Virus record (IMG/VR): IMGVR_UViG_3300045971_000149
Location: 32,001-96,000 of that record
Length of the DNA stretch: 64,000 nucleotides
From: a virus
Reading direction: 5' to 3' (one strand)
Shown: positions 46,278-56,206 of the stretch, in pieces
Position numbering within the stretch: position 1 is the first letter of the stretch
Layout of the letters: each line of letters opens with the position of its first letter
Translations under genes and position numbers: made by a program
Notes under the pieces: generated by a model
What the model saw: only the letters and a program-made list of their open reading frames with translations
What the model was told of the DNA's origin: nothing
Databases searched by the model: none

Positions 46278-46934
46278 ATGAACACTACAAAAGATTACTA
46301 TGTTTCTGATGCTAAGTTTTTAGAATTGGATATAGATGTGCCGTATGTTGAAATGTTGAAAGAAGCACAACAGCTAACACATAGATTTACTTCACACAGA
46401 TACGGCGAAGACCAACATAACGGTTGGAAAAGTCTGGCACTATACGGCATTGAAGAAGATAAACATGAGAATTGGAATATATACGGGTATACATCGGCAT
46501 TAGATGCTGCTAAAGATTTTAAGTGGACTGCGGCAGCATATGAATGCCCTACTATTATGAATTTCTTAATAAACAAGTTTCCATCTAAGAGATATGGCAG
46601 AGTTAGACTTATGCTATTAGAAGCCGGCGGGCATATTGCACCCCATAGTGATACCAGTCACCGCTTGTTGGAAAATATTAATATACCTCTTAGTAATCCT
46701 AAAGAATGTGTGTGGCACTGGGGTGATGGTACACACTTAGATATGAAACCCGGTACTCCTTATGCGATGAATATTAGTTATGTGCACAGTATAGAAAATA
46801 ACAGCACAGAAGACCGATTACATTTAATTGTGGCAAGGCACGACTCTACCCTAGCGTGGAAACAATTAATTGAACGTGCCGCTGCCAAAGCCGGTGTAAC
46901 CGGTCATTACATCACACACGAAATTGCAGTTTAA
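46278..46934 (+). CDS. Asp/Asn beta-hydroxylase-like Fe/2OG oxygenase
   Basis: GWKSLAL, RVRLMLLEAGGHIAPHSD, HSIEN..DRLHLI. Confidence 0.85.
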   Translation: MNTTKDYYVSDAKFLELDIDVPYVEMLKEAQQLTHRFTSHRYGEDQHNGWKSLALYGIEEDKHENWNIYGYTSALDAAKDFKWTAAAYECPTIMNFLINKFPSKRYGRVRLMLLEAGGHIAPHSDTSHRLLENINIPLSNPKECVWHWGDGTHLDMKPGTPYAMNISYVHSIENNSTEDRLHLIVARHDSTLAWKQLIERAAAKAGVTGHYITHEIAV

Positions 46935-48355
46935 CCTAGTGGCCTAATACTAACCCAATCTTTAGAATGCCATGGCGCTTTTTTTAATTCGTTTATATCA
47001 GTAAGCTCGAAGTCTTTTGCAAATCCAGTAAGCGTTTGCCTTCGAGTTAGATATCCATCAGACGCTCGCGAAGTCATAATTATTGTAATATTAGGATCGA
47101 CGTTTTGTATCTTAGTAATTAGTTTATTCTCACAAGATATTCTATACTTCAAGCTCTGCGTAGCTACATACGGGCTGTGAGTAAACACATCGCTTAAATT
47201 TATCAGAGTTTTCTTACCAGGAACTATCCAGTCTAGATTATAACTTGCCATATAATCTATTAAAATATACTCAAATTTAAGCTGTTTAATCTTCGCCCAG
47301 GTTTCTTTCCAATTGGGATGCATAACAATAAATTTATCCCACTCGTCCCTTGTCCAATTAACATAAGCATTAATATCTTTGCTAAAATTATTTGGAGTAA
47401 TAGGACGATGCTTATCGTAAAAGTCTGAATAGTTTTCTCCGTCCCACTCTTCGACCATTGCCTTCATGAATTGCAATGTACTATGATTTATATCAGTGAA
47501 TATAACTTTAGTATCGGGGGTGGTAGTTATTCTATCTAAGTAGGTAATCCAAAATACACCAATTCCAACAGTAATATATTGTTCAACTGGCCCTTCAAAT
47601 GGAATACTTTCCTTAAACTGGTCGGAGTTCCACGAAGGAATAAAGTTATTACAAAAGAATTGATTATAGTATATATCGGATACTTGTCTTAAGAATACAT
47701 GATCGTATTCGTAGTATAGATATTTCTTACTTTCTCTAATGTCCGGGCCTAAGTCAACTACTACTTTGTTATTCTTTAACGCGGTGGAAATTAAATTCCA
47801 TCCATGCATTTTCATATTATAAGTCTTTTCAATTGTGCCTGGTTTAATCCAAGCTGCAACTTCGTGATCTCCGTATAAACATTCTTCGCTTCGGATAGGT
47901 TCAATTTGAGTATGTACAATCTCTTCCGGTTGACCTAAAGAAGGGCATCCTAGTTCCACATAATCTGCAAGACGAACTATGTAAAACTGATGATGTAATT
48001 CGTAATATGCATTTTGATAATACGACTTTTCATTTCTTTGCAGTACATGCCCCGCAACAAAGAATTCTTGTTGGCAAAGCTTTTCTATAGCAGGAAATAG
48101 TTTATCGTTTAAACCTAAAGACATCCCCATAGCAATAATTACTGCATGAGAATATCCTTCAGTGCTAACTTCCTTTAACAGTGCATCTTCATCTTTGCCG
48201 ATGAATATATCATATCCTTGCATGTTGAATCGGTGTATTAGAAAATCTGATATATTGATCGATACTTCTGTTGCCCAACTACTTTGATATAAGTCTCTGT
48301 TATCTACAATGCAGCAAACAATAGGATTCTTGTTTTGTTTAATAAAATTTACCAT
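46931..48355 (-). CDS. Hypothetical protein (possible GT-A-like plus Rossmann-like domains)
   Basis: 474 aa ORF inside tailoring cluster. Confidence 0.5.
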   Translation of the reverse strand: MVNFIKQNKNPIVCCIVDNRDLYQSSWATEVSINISDFLIHRFNMQGYDIFIGKDEDALLKEVSTEGYSHAVIIAMGMSLGLNDKLFPAIEKLCQQEFFVAGHVLQRNEKSYYQNAYYELHHQFYIVRLADYVELGCPSLGQPEEIVHTQIEPIRSEECLYGDHEVAAWIKPGTIEKTYNMKMHGWNLISTALKNNKVVVDLGPDIRESKKYLYYEYDHVFLRQVSDIYYNQFFCNNFIPSWNSDQFKESIPFEGPVEQYITVGIGVFWITYLDRITTTPDTKVIFTDINHSTLQFMKAMVEEWDGENYSDFYDKHRPITPNNFSKDINAYVNWTRDEWDKFIVMHPNWKETWAKIKQLKFEYILIDYMASYNLDWIVPGKKTLINLSDVFTHSPYVATQSLKYRISCENKLITKIQNVDPNITIIMTSRASDGYLTRRQTLTGFAKDFELTDINELKKAPWHSKDWVSIRPLG

Positions 48356-48915
48356 TTAGGGTATTGCTCCAAGTCTTTTAAAAATATTTCAGGAAAAAAT
48401 TGCCATACAGTTTGCATCGTACCTCTATACTGTACTTCTGCTGCAATTTTCATTATGCCTTTCTTTGCAAGTGCAGGACCAAACGTTCTATGCACTTTGC
48501 GTTGTGTTCCTACGGCATTTTCATTTGATGTAATATATAACGATGCGCCTTTAGGTGCCCATTCTATACATGCAGGTATTAAGAATTGCGCAGTAGGATT
48601 CTGATGGTGTGTTATAACACTAATAGTTCGTAATGCACTTCCGTACACTCCTTCTAACTTATCAGTGAATATGCATGTTCTTGCTGCAATACGATAACTG
48701 TTAGTCCCCATAACATCGTCAAAAGAATGTGCTGCCACACTACCTACAACAGTATCGTTAAAGTATAGCAACCACGTTTGCTTTTCTCGTTCGTTATTAA
48801 AACAGTCAACAAGCATATGTTTGCTAGAGTTATTATCAAAACCCCGTGCAGCAGCAGATGAATAAAACTCTGTAAGATCTAATTCGTTACTAAACGGTAC
48901 TACTTTAAATGACAT
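48349..48915 (-). CDS. GNAT-fold-like protein
   Basis: WLLY..VVGSVAAH..YRIAARTC. Confidence 0.45.
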   Translation of the reverse strand: MSFKVVPFSNELDLTEFYSSAAARGFDNNSSKHMLVDCFNNEREKQTWLLYFNDTVVGSVAAHSFDDVMGTNSYRIAARTCIFTDKLEGVYGSALRTISVITHHQNPTAQFLIPACIEWAPKGASLYITSNENAVGTQRKVHRTFGPALAKKGIMKIAAEVQYRGTMQTVWQFFPEIFLKDLEQYPKW

Positions 48916-49603
48916 TCATTACCTTTTTAATAAAGTCTGCAGGATAATTTTTAGAGAAACTTTGCCAACATAGTTGTTCTAATGTTTCAAACTTCTGTGG
49001 TTCATCCCATACTATTCCTAACGATTCAATATGCTTACGCATAATATCTTGTCGTGTGCTATATATGTGACTCTCAACATCTTTAATACTAATCAATGTA
49101 TCTTTGTTATTGTACGTAAAGAAATAGTTTATGCTCTTTAGCTTACCGTTAACAATAAAGTAACTACTCGGATGCATACTGTATTTGAACAGACCGATGC
49201 TTTTATGTGCCTTTATAATGGTAAGCATTTGCTCTTGCCAATCCGGCAATACTTTATCGAAGTTTTCCGACAGGCACCCTGCCTGTTCCCAAAAGTCAGG
49301 ACCGTCTATACTTAGGTATAATTTTCGTTCATTATAGTCTACATCTAATATCGTCGGAACTAGGTTTGGAAACTGTGCAGCCATTTGGTATAGATACTTA
49401 ATTTCTCTATTCCATTTCTCGTGCATTAGTATAGGATCAACCACTTGGTTTTGTCCTTTGTGGTACTCTCCGTCGTTAAAGTACCATTGACAAAACACCT
49501 TTTGATCTGTTGATATAAGTGATGTGTATATCAAATTATTACGACAAGGCCCTGTCCCCGGGATATTGTTGTAATAGTAGTCGAATGAAGAAATATGTTG
49601 CAT
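48905..49603 (-). CDS. Protein-kinase-like fold protein (atypical)
   Basis: REIKYL..VPTILDVD..KYSMHPSSYF..LKSINYF; paralog of 54104..54784. Confidence 0.5.
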   Translation of the reverse strand: MQHISSFDYYYNNIPGTGPCRNNLIYTSLISTDQKVFCQWYFNDGEYHKGQNQVVDPILMHEKWNREIKYLYQMAAQFPNLVPTILDVDYNERKLYLSIDGPDFWEQAGCLSENFDKVLPDWQEQMLTIIKAHKSIGLFKYSMHPSSYFIVNGKLKSINYFFTYNNKDTLISIKDVESHIYSTRQDIMRKHIESLGIVWDEPQKFETLEQLCWQSFSKNYPADFIKKVMNVI

Positions 49604-49641
49604 ACTCTAATTTAGCAATAAATACCTACATAATAAACATT

Positions 49642-50694
49642 ATGAACAACATAAAAGAAACAGTATCGTTATGTGAGCATTGTTATCGACACATTCCTGC
49701 AATGCGTATTGAAAAAGATAATCAAATTTGGCTAGGTAAAACCTGTCCAGTTCATGGATATGTAGAACATCTAGTAGAACCAGATGCGGCATTTTATAAC
49801 AATTATACATACCCTAACAGTCCATTGCAAGCTTATTTTATAGAAGTAACAAATAAGTGTAATTTGAATTGTCCGCACTGCTATCAGATGCCAGATAACT
49901 TATCAACTGATAACCCTATAGAGATTCTATTAGATCAAATTAAGTCGTATCCGGATGACGGTTACGCTATTTCGTTAGTCGGTGCCGAACCTACAATGCG
50001 AAAAGACTTACTAGAATTAATTATTGCGATTCAAGCATTGCCTGGATTACCTCGGAGGATTTTGATTTTAACTAACGCAGTTAATATGGCAAAGGACGAG
50101 TATGCGTCACAGTTTCAAGGCCTCAATAACGTGTTCTGGACAATTGGATTAAACCATCCCGACTATCAAGGTAAGACTGTACGTGCAAAGCAATTAAAAG
50201 GTATCCTCAACTGTGTTAAGTTCGGGTACAAAATTAAAAACATTAGCTACACACTTGAAAACTTAGATCAATTAGAATATTGTTTACAAGAAATACAACA
50301 GTTTGATCCCGAGACATGCAAACAATTTAGAATTCGATGTGGTGCAGATATTGGAAGGAATCCTAAAGACCCTACAATATACTTGTCACAGTTAGTGAAT
50401 GAAGTTAAGAAGGTTGCAGATCGTAATAGCTGGAGTTGTGTACCACATACATCTGATGGAATTCGTTCACACTATCCGTTAGTTATAAATGGAATATTTG
50501 TTAAGATTATCCAGTGGCCCGATGTAAAGACACTCGACTTAGAAGAAAAACAAACAGAATCGTGGGCCGATATAGTTCCAGGAAAACCTGTATCGCCATT
50601 AGTACATCAAGTTATACTTCGAGATGCACTAGTTAATAACGGTATGATGTTGTTTGATACTGTGCCGAAAAAATATAGGAGAATACATGATTAA
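49642..50694 (+). CDS. Radical SAM protein with MJ0619-type N-terminal Cys3His module
   Basis: SLCEHC..KTCPVHG, CNLNCPHC, GAEPT. Confidence 0.85.
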   Translation: MNNIKETVSLCEHCYRHIPAMRIEKDNQIWLGKTCPVHGYVEHLVEPDAAFYNNYTYPNSPLQAYFIEVTNKCNLNCPHCYQMPDNLSTDNPIEILLDQIKSYPDDGYAISLVGAEPTMRKDLLELIIAIQALPGLPRRILILTNAVNMAKDEYASQFQGLNNVFWTIGLNHPDYQGKTVRAKQLKGILNCVKFGYKIKNISYTLENLDQLEYCLQEIQQFDPETCKQFRIRCGADIGRNPKDPTIYLSQLVNEVKKVADRNSWSCVPHTSDGIRSHYPLVINGIFVKIIQWPDVKTLDLEEKQTESWADIVPGKPVSPLVHQVILRDALVNNGMMLFDTVPKKYRRIHD

Positions 50695-51499
50695 AGGTAT
50701 TAACAATGTTCCGTATTACGATATGGAACCATACTTAGATATGGTAGAATTTGAAAAGCTAATACCCGAGGTCATTCGCGGATTCGCAGACGGTCGACAC
50801 TGTGCTAAAGAAGGAACTTGGATGGCACCCGGGTTTGCTACTGATAAGATGAGTTACGGTATAGGTTGGAAGCCATTATATAAAGCAATTGCAGAATTCT
50901 TAGCGTTACCCGATGACGACCCTATTAAAATGGGCGGCATTGACCTATACAGAGACTTTAACGACTTTAGTGTGCGTAATAGATTTACTCGATATGTAAA
51001 AATGGCAATGGGGGCATATGATCCATACATTTACTATTTTTTATCTGATCAAGGAGATTGGAATGATCGAACCTCAGCTAGGCCCCCAACTCCTGAAGCC
51101 GCATACTTTCCTAATCTAGTTAAGTGGGTCGAAGATACTAAAAAGAAGGGCATCTTCGAATATATCGGTCGTGTTATTTTATTCCACGTAGAAGCAGATG
51201 GAGTGCCGTTTGAGCATCGCGACTTAGATGCTAAAAATGGTGTCCTAGAAAATGATTTTTATACTCCGCACCGTAGTGAATTTATTCACATTAGACCTAA
51301 CACACGTAAATCATTTTATATGTGGGATCCTGATTCCCAAAATAAAATTCACCTTAATACTAGAGCAGCGTGGTTTAATGATCAAGATTGGCACGGCGGC
51401 GACAAAATTATGCAACAAAGTTGGAGTCTGCGGATTGACGGTAAGTTTACTGAAGAGTTCCGTAAGACATTAAAGATTGATCACTTGGAGACATATTAA
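50687..51499 (+). CDS. Fe/2OG oxygenase-like (DSBH) protein
   Basis: PFEHRD..DWHGG..SLRIDG. Confidence 0.6.
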   Translation: MIKGINNVPYYDMEPYLDMVEFEKLIPEVIRGFADGRHCAKEGTWMAPGFATDKMSYGIGWKPLYKAIAEFLALPDDDPIKMGGIDLYRDFNDFSVRNRFTRYVKMAMGAYDPYIYYFLSDQGDWNDRTSARPPTPEAAYFPNLVKWVEDTKKKGIFEYIGRVILFHVEADGVPFEHRDLDAKNGVLENDFYTPHRSEFIHIRPNTRKSFYMWDPDSQNKIHLNTRAAWFNDQDWHGGDKIMQQSWSLRIDGKFTEEFRKTLKIDHLETY

Positions 51500-51990
51500 T
51501 GATTTACTTAGGTAACTATGCACATTGGATTAAACAAGAGTGGGTGGATTATGTATTTTCTAACACAGGATTTCCACGCCCCGGCGACAAAGTTCCAGAG
51601 AATAGTTTTGAAGAAACACAAAATGCGTCGATTACTAATAAAGGTTACACTAACTCCGTATATTGGTATAAATTCACACCTGATAACTTTCCATTCGATT
51701 TAAAACCTCCATTTGGAGAGGCAAAGCTTTGGTGGTTTGTTAAACTATTGCCCGGCAACGTAATTCCATTACATACAGATCAAGACGAAGTAACTGGTAA
51801 CTCAACAACTTTATACTGGATGTCTATGACTGATTATGAGCCCGGACATTTGTTTGTCTGTAAAGATGAATTATTAACAGGATATAAAAAGGGTGATTTA
51901 TTTAAACTTGATCATGCTAACGATTTACATGGCTCGTGCAATATAGGATTTACTCCTAGAATCATTTTTAATTTTACAACGGAGAGCTAA
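51499..51990 (+). CDS. Small Fe/2OG oxygenase-like protein (tandem paralog 1)
   Basis: IPLHTD..YEPGH..YKKGD..HGSCNIG..PR. Confidence 0.75.
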   Translation: MIYLGNYAHWIKQEWVDYVFSNTGFPRPGDKVPENSFEETQNASITNKGYTNSVYWYKFTPDNFPFDLKPPFGEAKLWWFVKLLPGNVIPLHTDQDEVTGNSTTLYWMSMTDYEPGHLFVCKDELLTGYKKGDLFKLDHANDLHGSCNIGFTPRIIFNFTTES

Positions 51991-51991
51991 T

Positions 51992-52486
51992 ATGGAATTA
52001 ATTGGAAACTATAAAGACATAATTCAAGAAGAATGGATTGAATTTTTAAAAACGCACGATGGGCAATTACTTCCGGATTCTAGGGAATGCCTGTTGCCAT
52101 ACTTTGATAAACAAAATGAAGACATTGCTAAAAACTGGCGCCCCGAATATGCAGCATCTTGGTGTAAATTTGAAATACAAGATGTTCCTTTTGTGATACC
52201 GTGGCCCGTAAATCTTACAAATAATATAGATTGGTGGATTATCAAACAATATCCTGGGCAACGAATACCCATGCATATCGATAAAAATCCACCAGATACA
52301 ACTGATCGATATGTTCTAATGTTTACTGATTATGAACCTGGCCATGTTTTAATATGGGACAACAAGCTTATAGATAATTATAAGAAAGGCGATCTGTTTA
52401 AGATTAAAGATGTTAATTCATCGCACGGGGCAGCTAACATTAGCAACACCCTTAGATTACTAGCGTATCTTACTGTATGGAATTAA
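51992..52486 (+). CDS. Small Fe/2OG oxygenase-like protein (tandem paralog 2)
   Basis: IPMHID..YEPGH..YKKGD..HGAANIS..LR. Confidence 0.75.
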   Translation: MELIGNYKDIIQEEWIEFLKTHDGQLLPDSRECLLPYFDKQNEDIAKNWRPEYAASWCKFEIQDVPFVIPWPVNLTNNIDWWIIKQYPGQRIPMHIDKNPPDTTDRYVLMFTDYEPGHVLIWDNKLIDNYKKGDLFKIKDVNSSHGAANISNTLRLLAYLTVWN

Positions 52487-53001
52487 TTAAAAATCACGCC
52501 GGATGGATTACCCCGGAACTAATGAATTGGCTATCTACATGTACGGGCGATACTGTACCAGTTTGGCAACCTAATAGATGGAAAGGGCATCCAATGTTAG
52601 AATCTGCACTCGAACGTGCTAGATTTGGATATAGTGATAACAAACACTTTTTCCAACAGTTTAATTTTCATAGTAAAGACTCGCAGAATATTAAATTTGA
52701 AAGTCCGCTTATCGAAGAAAAAGGAGATAGAAAAGAATCTTGGTGGTTTGTTAAATTACTCCCTGGGCAACTACAGCCTATGCACTTTGATCCTATTCTT
52801 ATTGAACTTAAAAATCCTGTCAGATACACAATGTTTTTACAAGATTGGCAACCGGGTCATATTTACACTTGGAATGATCAAATGATCGCCAACTATAAAG
52901 CAGGCGATATGTATCGTTGGAAAGATCCTATGTGCTATCACGGATGTGTAAACATCGGATACGAAACTCGATATACTTTACAAATAACATTGCACGATTA
53001 A
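52477..53001 (+). CDS. Small Fe/2OG oxygenase-like protein (tandem paralog 3)
   Basis: QPMHFD..WQPGH..YKAGD..HGCVNIG..TR. Confidence 0.75.
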   Translation: MELIKNHAGWITPELMNWLSTCTGDTVPVWQPNRWKGHPMLESALERARFGYSDNKHFFQQFNFHSKDSQNIKFESPLIEEKGDRKESWWFVKLLPGQLQPMHFDPILIELKNPVRYTMFLQDWQPGHIYTWNDQMIANYKAGDMYRWKDPMCYHGCVNIGYETRYTLQITLHD

Positions 53002-53002
53002 C

Positions 53003-53596
53003 ATGTCAGTTTATATCACAGGTGAAAAGAACATTACGTTCTTACATATTCCTAAAACAGCGGGTACTAGCTTACTCGACTGGTTAATTAATAACAAAGC
53101 TAACAGCAATCATATTAAGTGGGATATTCATCCTAAGCTATCAACTATAATAGATACTCGGATATCTAATTTTACATTTACTGTAATTAGAAATCCTTGG
53201 GATAGGATGATTAGTATGTATTATTATTTTAAAAATATTGCTATTAGTGAAGGTAGCAGATTTCTTGCTTTAAACAATATCACCGCTGATAATTTCCCAA
53301 CATTTGATAGATGGTTAATGGAAATGGACTCTTATATATTTCCAGAAGAATTTTGGTTTAAGATTACAACCCCACAAGTAGAATGGATTGACAAAGATAT
53401 TGACTTAGTTGTACGATACGAAAATTTAGAAACAGACTTTTCTAAATTGCAAGAGGCATTTACTTGTTATTTGCCATTACCTAAACTCTACGTGTCGGGA
53501 CACTTACCTTATCGTGATTATTATAATGGTACTACAAAAAAGATTGTAGAAAAGATTAGCGAACTTGATATTGATCGTTGGCAATATCAGTTTTAA
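53003..53596 (+). CDS. Sulfotransferase (family 2-like)
   Basis: FLHIPKTAGTS (5'-PSB), IRNPWDRMISMY (3'-PB), RYENL. Confidence 0.85.
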   Translation: MSVYITGEKNITFLHIPKTAGTSLLDWLINNKANSNHIKWDIHPKLSTIIDTRISNFTFTVIRNPWDRMISMYYYFKNIAISEGSRFLALNNITADNFPTFDRWLMEMDSYIFPEEFWFKITTPQVEWIDKDIDLVVRYENLETDFSKLQEAFTCYLPLPKLYVSGHLPYRDYYNGTTKKIVEKISELDIDRWQYQF

Positions 53597-54141
53597 TATC
53601 CTAGTAAGTGGAACATATATTTCGGAGTCATACCTGCGTTAATACCACTATGCCATTCTCTGTAGTTGTCCCACTTATATAATGTGCCTTGTGGCTGATT
53701 ATAAAAACAAATATCGCCTATTGAAAAAATATGGCCAAACGTAGGTTTTTCAATAAAACAACTATATCGTACAATGGGACCTTTCTTTAGATATTCTGTT
53801 TCGTTATCATCTACATCCCAATGTAACGGAGCAAAGTATCCAGGATCTATTCTGCTTATCCAAGATCTGTGGATATTCAAATCTAAATAGGCTGCTATTG
53901 TTTCAGTTATCTCATTATCAAAATGTGTGCCCGGGTAGTAGTTAATCCATTTAATAGCAGCAGGATTAAACTTTGCTTGTTTCCACATTAGATGAATTTC
54001 GTTGTATCCGGGAACATCTGCTCTACACTTTTCTAAATCAGTATTAACTACAACTCCGGATTGAGTAGAGATATGGTTAATAACAGAATCCCAATCAATA
54101 AGGTTATTCATACTTTTTACTATAGTATTCTTCAAATGCAT
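53593..54141 (-). CDS. Small Fe/2OG oxygenase-like protein (paralog 4)
   Basis: PGYFAPLHWD..GHIF..WHSGINAG. Confidence 0.75.
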   Translation of the reverse strand: MHLKNTIVKSMNNLIDWDSVINHISTQSGVVVNTDLEKCRADVPGYNEIHLMWKQAKFNPAAIKWINYYPGTHFDNEITETIAAYLDLNIHRSWISRIDPGYFAPLHWDVDDNETEYLKKGPIVRYSCFIEKPTFGHIFSIGDICFYNQPQGTLYKWDNYREWHSGINAGMTPKYMFHLLGY

Positions 54142-54784
54142 TCTCGGGCCATTTCACATGTGTTTGTAAAATACGTTTAAAAAATATTTCAAAATTAATA
54201 CTATCGCCCTCTTCTGCTTCTTTAAATCGAGGAGTTGATATTGTGCCTACCATCCCGTTAAGCCGTTCTTTTTTAAGAAACGGATATGCAGTATCAACAC
54301 ATCCATAAAAATCAAAAGTTTTTAATATTCCGTCTTTAATAAAAAAACAGTGCGGATATAAGCTTGCTTTATATACTCCACCGGAGAGTAGGTCATCTAA
54401 TATGTTAAACATTTGTAATTTCCAATCTGGGGTATATCGAGTTAAATCCCATCCCCCGTATATAATATCATTACAAGTAGTACCCGGTGATTCAAAGAAT
54501 ATCTTCTTGCCGGGTATATCGATATCAATATATTTAGGTGCCCATGCATGATGTTTAAACATGTCTATATACTTTAATTCTCTTTGAAAGAAGTAATCTA
54601 CTAATTCAGCAGTATAGAACGGACGAGTTTGGTCGGGGTCGTATTGGTAAGGGTCAGTGACATCCCATGACATACACCATACTGTCATTTCTGGATTAAT
54701 CTTAGGAGTGTATAATAAGTTAGATCTAACTCGATTAGTCGGACCTTCTAGTTTACGATAGTTTGCCCAATTATCAATATTCAT
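54104..54784 (-). CDS. Protein-kinase-like fold protein (atypical)
   Basis: RELKYI..WAPKYIDID..YKASLYPHCF..LKTFDFY. Confidence 0.55.
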   Translation of the reverse strand: MNIDNWANYRKLEGPTNRVRSNLLYTPKINPEMTVWCMSWDVTDPYQYDPDQTRPFYTAELVDYFFQRELKYIDMFKHHAWAPKYIDIDIPGKKIFFESPGTTCNDIIYGGWDLTRYTPDWKLQMFNILDDLLSGGVYKASLYPHCFFIKDGILKTFDFYGCVDTAYPFLKKERLNGMVGTISTPRFKEAEEGDSINFEIFFKRILQTHVKWPENAFEEYYSKKYE

Positions 54785-55452
54785 ATAATTTCCAATCTAA
54801 ATTCTGTTGGTAGTATTTTGGTGAATGCATCTAATTCGGATTTGTTTATTTTAAATGACGCCCAGGTTGATGAAAACTTAAAATCAGCTAACTTGTTTTC
54901 TTTATTAATTTTGTTGAGCCACGGACTTATTATATCATCGAATAAAAATCGTAGAGTATCTTTGTCTAAAGTAGGTGCTGAAATTTTAACATTTATAGGG
55001 TCTATTAGATTAGCATTTACTAACAGTTTACGAATTACTAATTGCACTCTATCAGTAACACCGAAGTTAACTGCACTATGCCTCGGTCCGGTGTCTAATA
55101 CATACCAACATCCGTCAGGGTGTAATCTATGCATTACTCCTTCATCTAGATTTGCAAGGTAGGCATAGTGACTTGCTATGTTTAAATGATATCGATCATC
55201 AATATCAGCATGTGATTGATAGCAGGTAGCTGGCTTCAACGAAATAATCCGTGCCTCACCTATCTCTAACGGTAACGTTTGTAAAATACGGTCCCATGCT
55301 GTTCCTTGATATTCTGGTTTTATCTTCCAGGGATCGTAGAAAAATCTGCCAGTTGGTTGATTAATTGTCTCTCTAAATTGATCAATTGGTAAAAGGTCTT
55401 TTGCGGCTTGTAATAGCTCGTCAGGTACTGTATAATTTAATTTAACTAGCAT
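54781..55452 (-). CDS. Asp/Asn beta-hydroxylase-like Fe/2OG oxygenase
   Basis: YQSHADIDDRYHL..HSAVNFG..RVQLVIR. Confidence 0.75.
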   Translation of the reverse strand: MLVKLNYTVPDELLQAAKDLLPIDQFRETINQPTGRFFYDPWKIKPEYQGTAWDRILQTLPLEIGEARIISLKPATCYQSHADIDDRYHLNIASHYAYLANLDEGVMHRLHPDGCWYVLDTGPRHSAVNFGVTDRVQLVIRKLLVNANLIDPINVKISAPTLDKDTLRFLFDDIISPWLNKINKENKLADFKFSSTWASFKINKSELDAFTKILPTEFRLEII

Positions 55453-55495
55453 TATGATTATATTTATATGCTATGTTAACTCCTATAAATAAAAA

Positions 55496-56206
55496 ATGCA
55501 AACAACTGAAGTTCCGTTCGATCCGACCTGGAAAAACATAGCAATTAGCCTAAGTGGTGGTGCAGACAGTGCGTTACTAACTTACCTACTATGCTCAAAG
55601 ATTACACACCATACTAATATTCATATCATTAGTCATACTCGTATGTGGAAGACTCGCCCCTGGCAAGGTACTGATAGCTTACGTGTTTATAATTGGTTTG
55701 TTAACCAGTTTCCAAACATTCAATTTCATAGACATACAAATTTCATTTCTCCTGATTTAGAATATGGAAACGGTGCATTTGTTACTGACGAATATAAAAA
55801 AAGAGTAAGTGGCGACAATATTGAGATTCGAGCGTTTGCTGAATATGTATGCCACACTGAAGATTGTGCAGCATATTACAATGCAGTAACTCGCAACCCA
55901 AAAGGTATTGAGTTAGGTGGAATGAAAGAGCGAGATATTGATCCAACTGAGTCTAATAAGCATTTACAAGAGATGCAACATATGGGTAGATGGGCATTTC
56001 ATCCTTTTCGATTCGTAGATAAATCCTGGGTCCTTTCGCAATATGCGCAATTAGGTATTATGGAATTGTTTAATTTAACTCGTAGCTGCGAGGGTGAATT
56101 TGCAGATATAAACTATACTAATTACAAAGCAGGGCAATACGTTCCTTTATGTAACACCTGCTTCTGGTGTAAAGAACGGGCATGGGCAATTGAACAATCA
56201 ATCTAA
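55496..56206 (+). CDS. QueC-like PP-loop ATP pyrophosphatase
   Basis: SLSGGADS, PFRFVDK, TRSCE..CNTCFWC. Confidence 0.7.
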   Translation: MQTTEVPFDPTWKNIAISLSGGADSALLTYLLCSKITHHTNIHIISHTRMWKTRPWQGTDSLRVYNWFVNQFPNIQFHRHTNFISPDLEYGNGAFVTDEYKKRVSGDNIEIRAFAEYVCHTEDCAAYYNAVTRNPKGIELGGMKERDIDPTESNKHLQEMQHMGRWAFHPFRFVDKSWVLSQYAQLGIMELFNLTRSCEGEFADINYTNYKAGQYVPLCNTCFWCKERAWAIEQSI

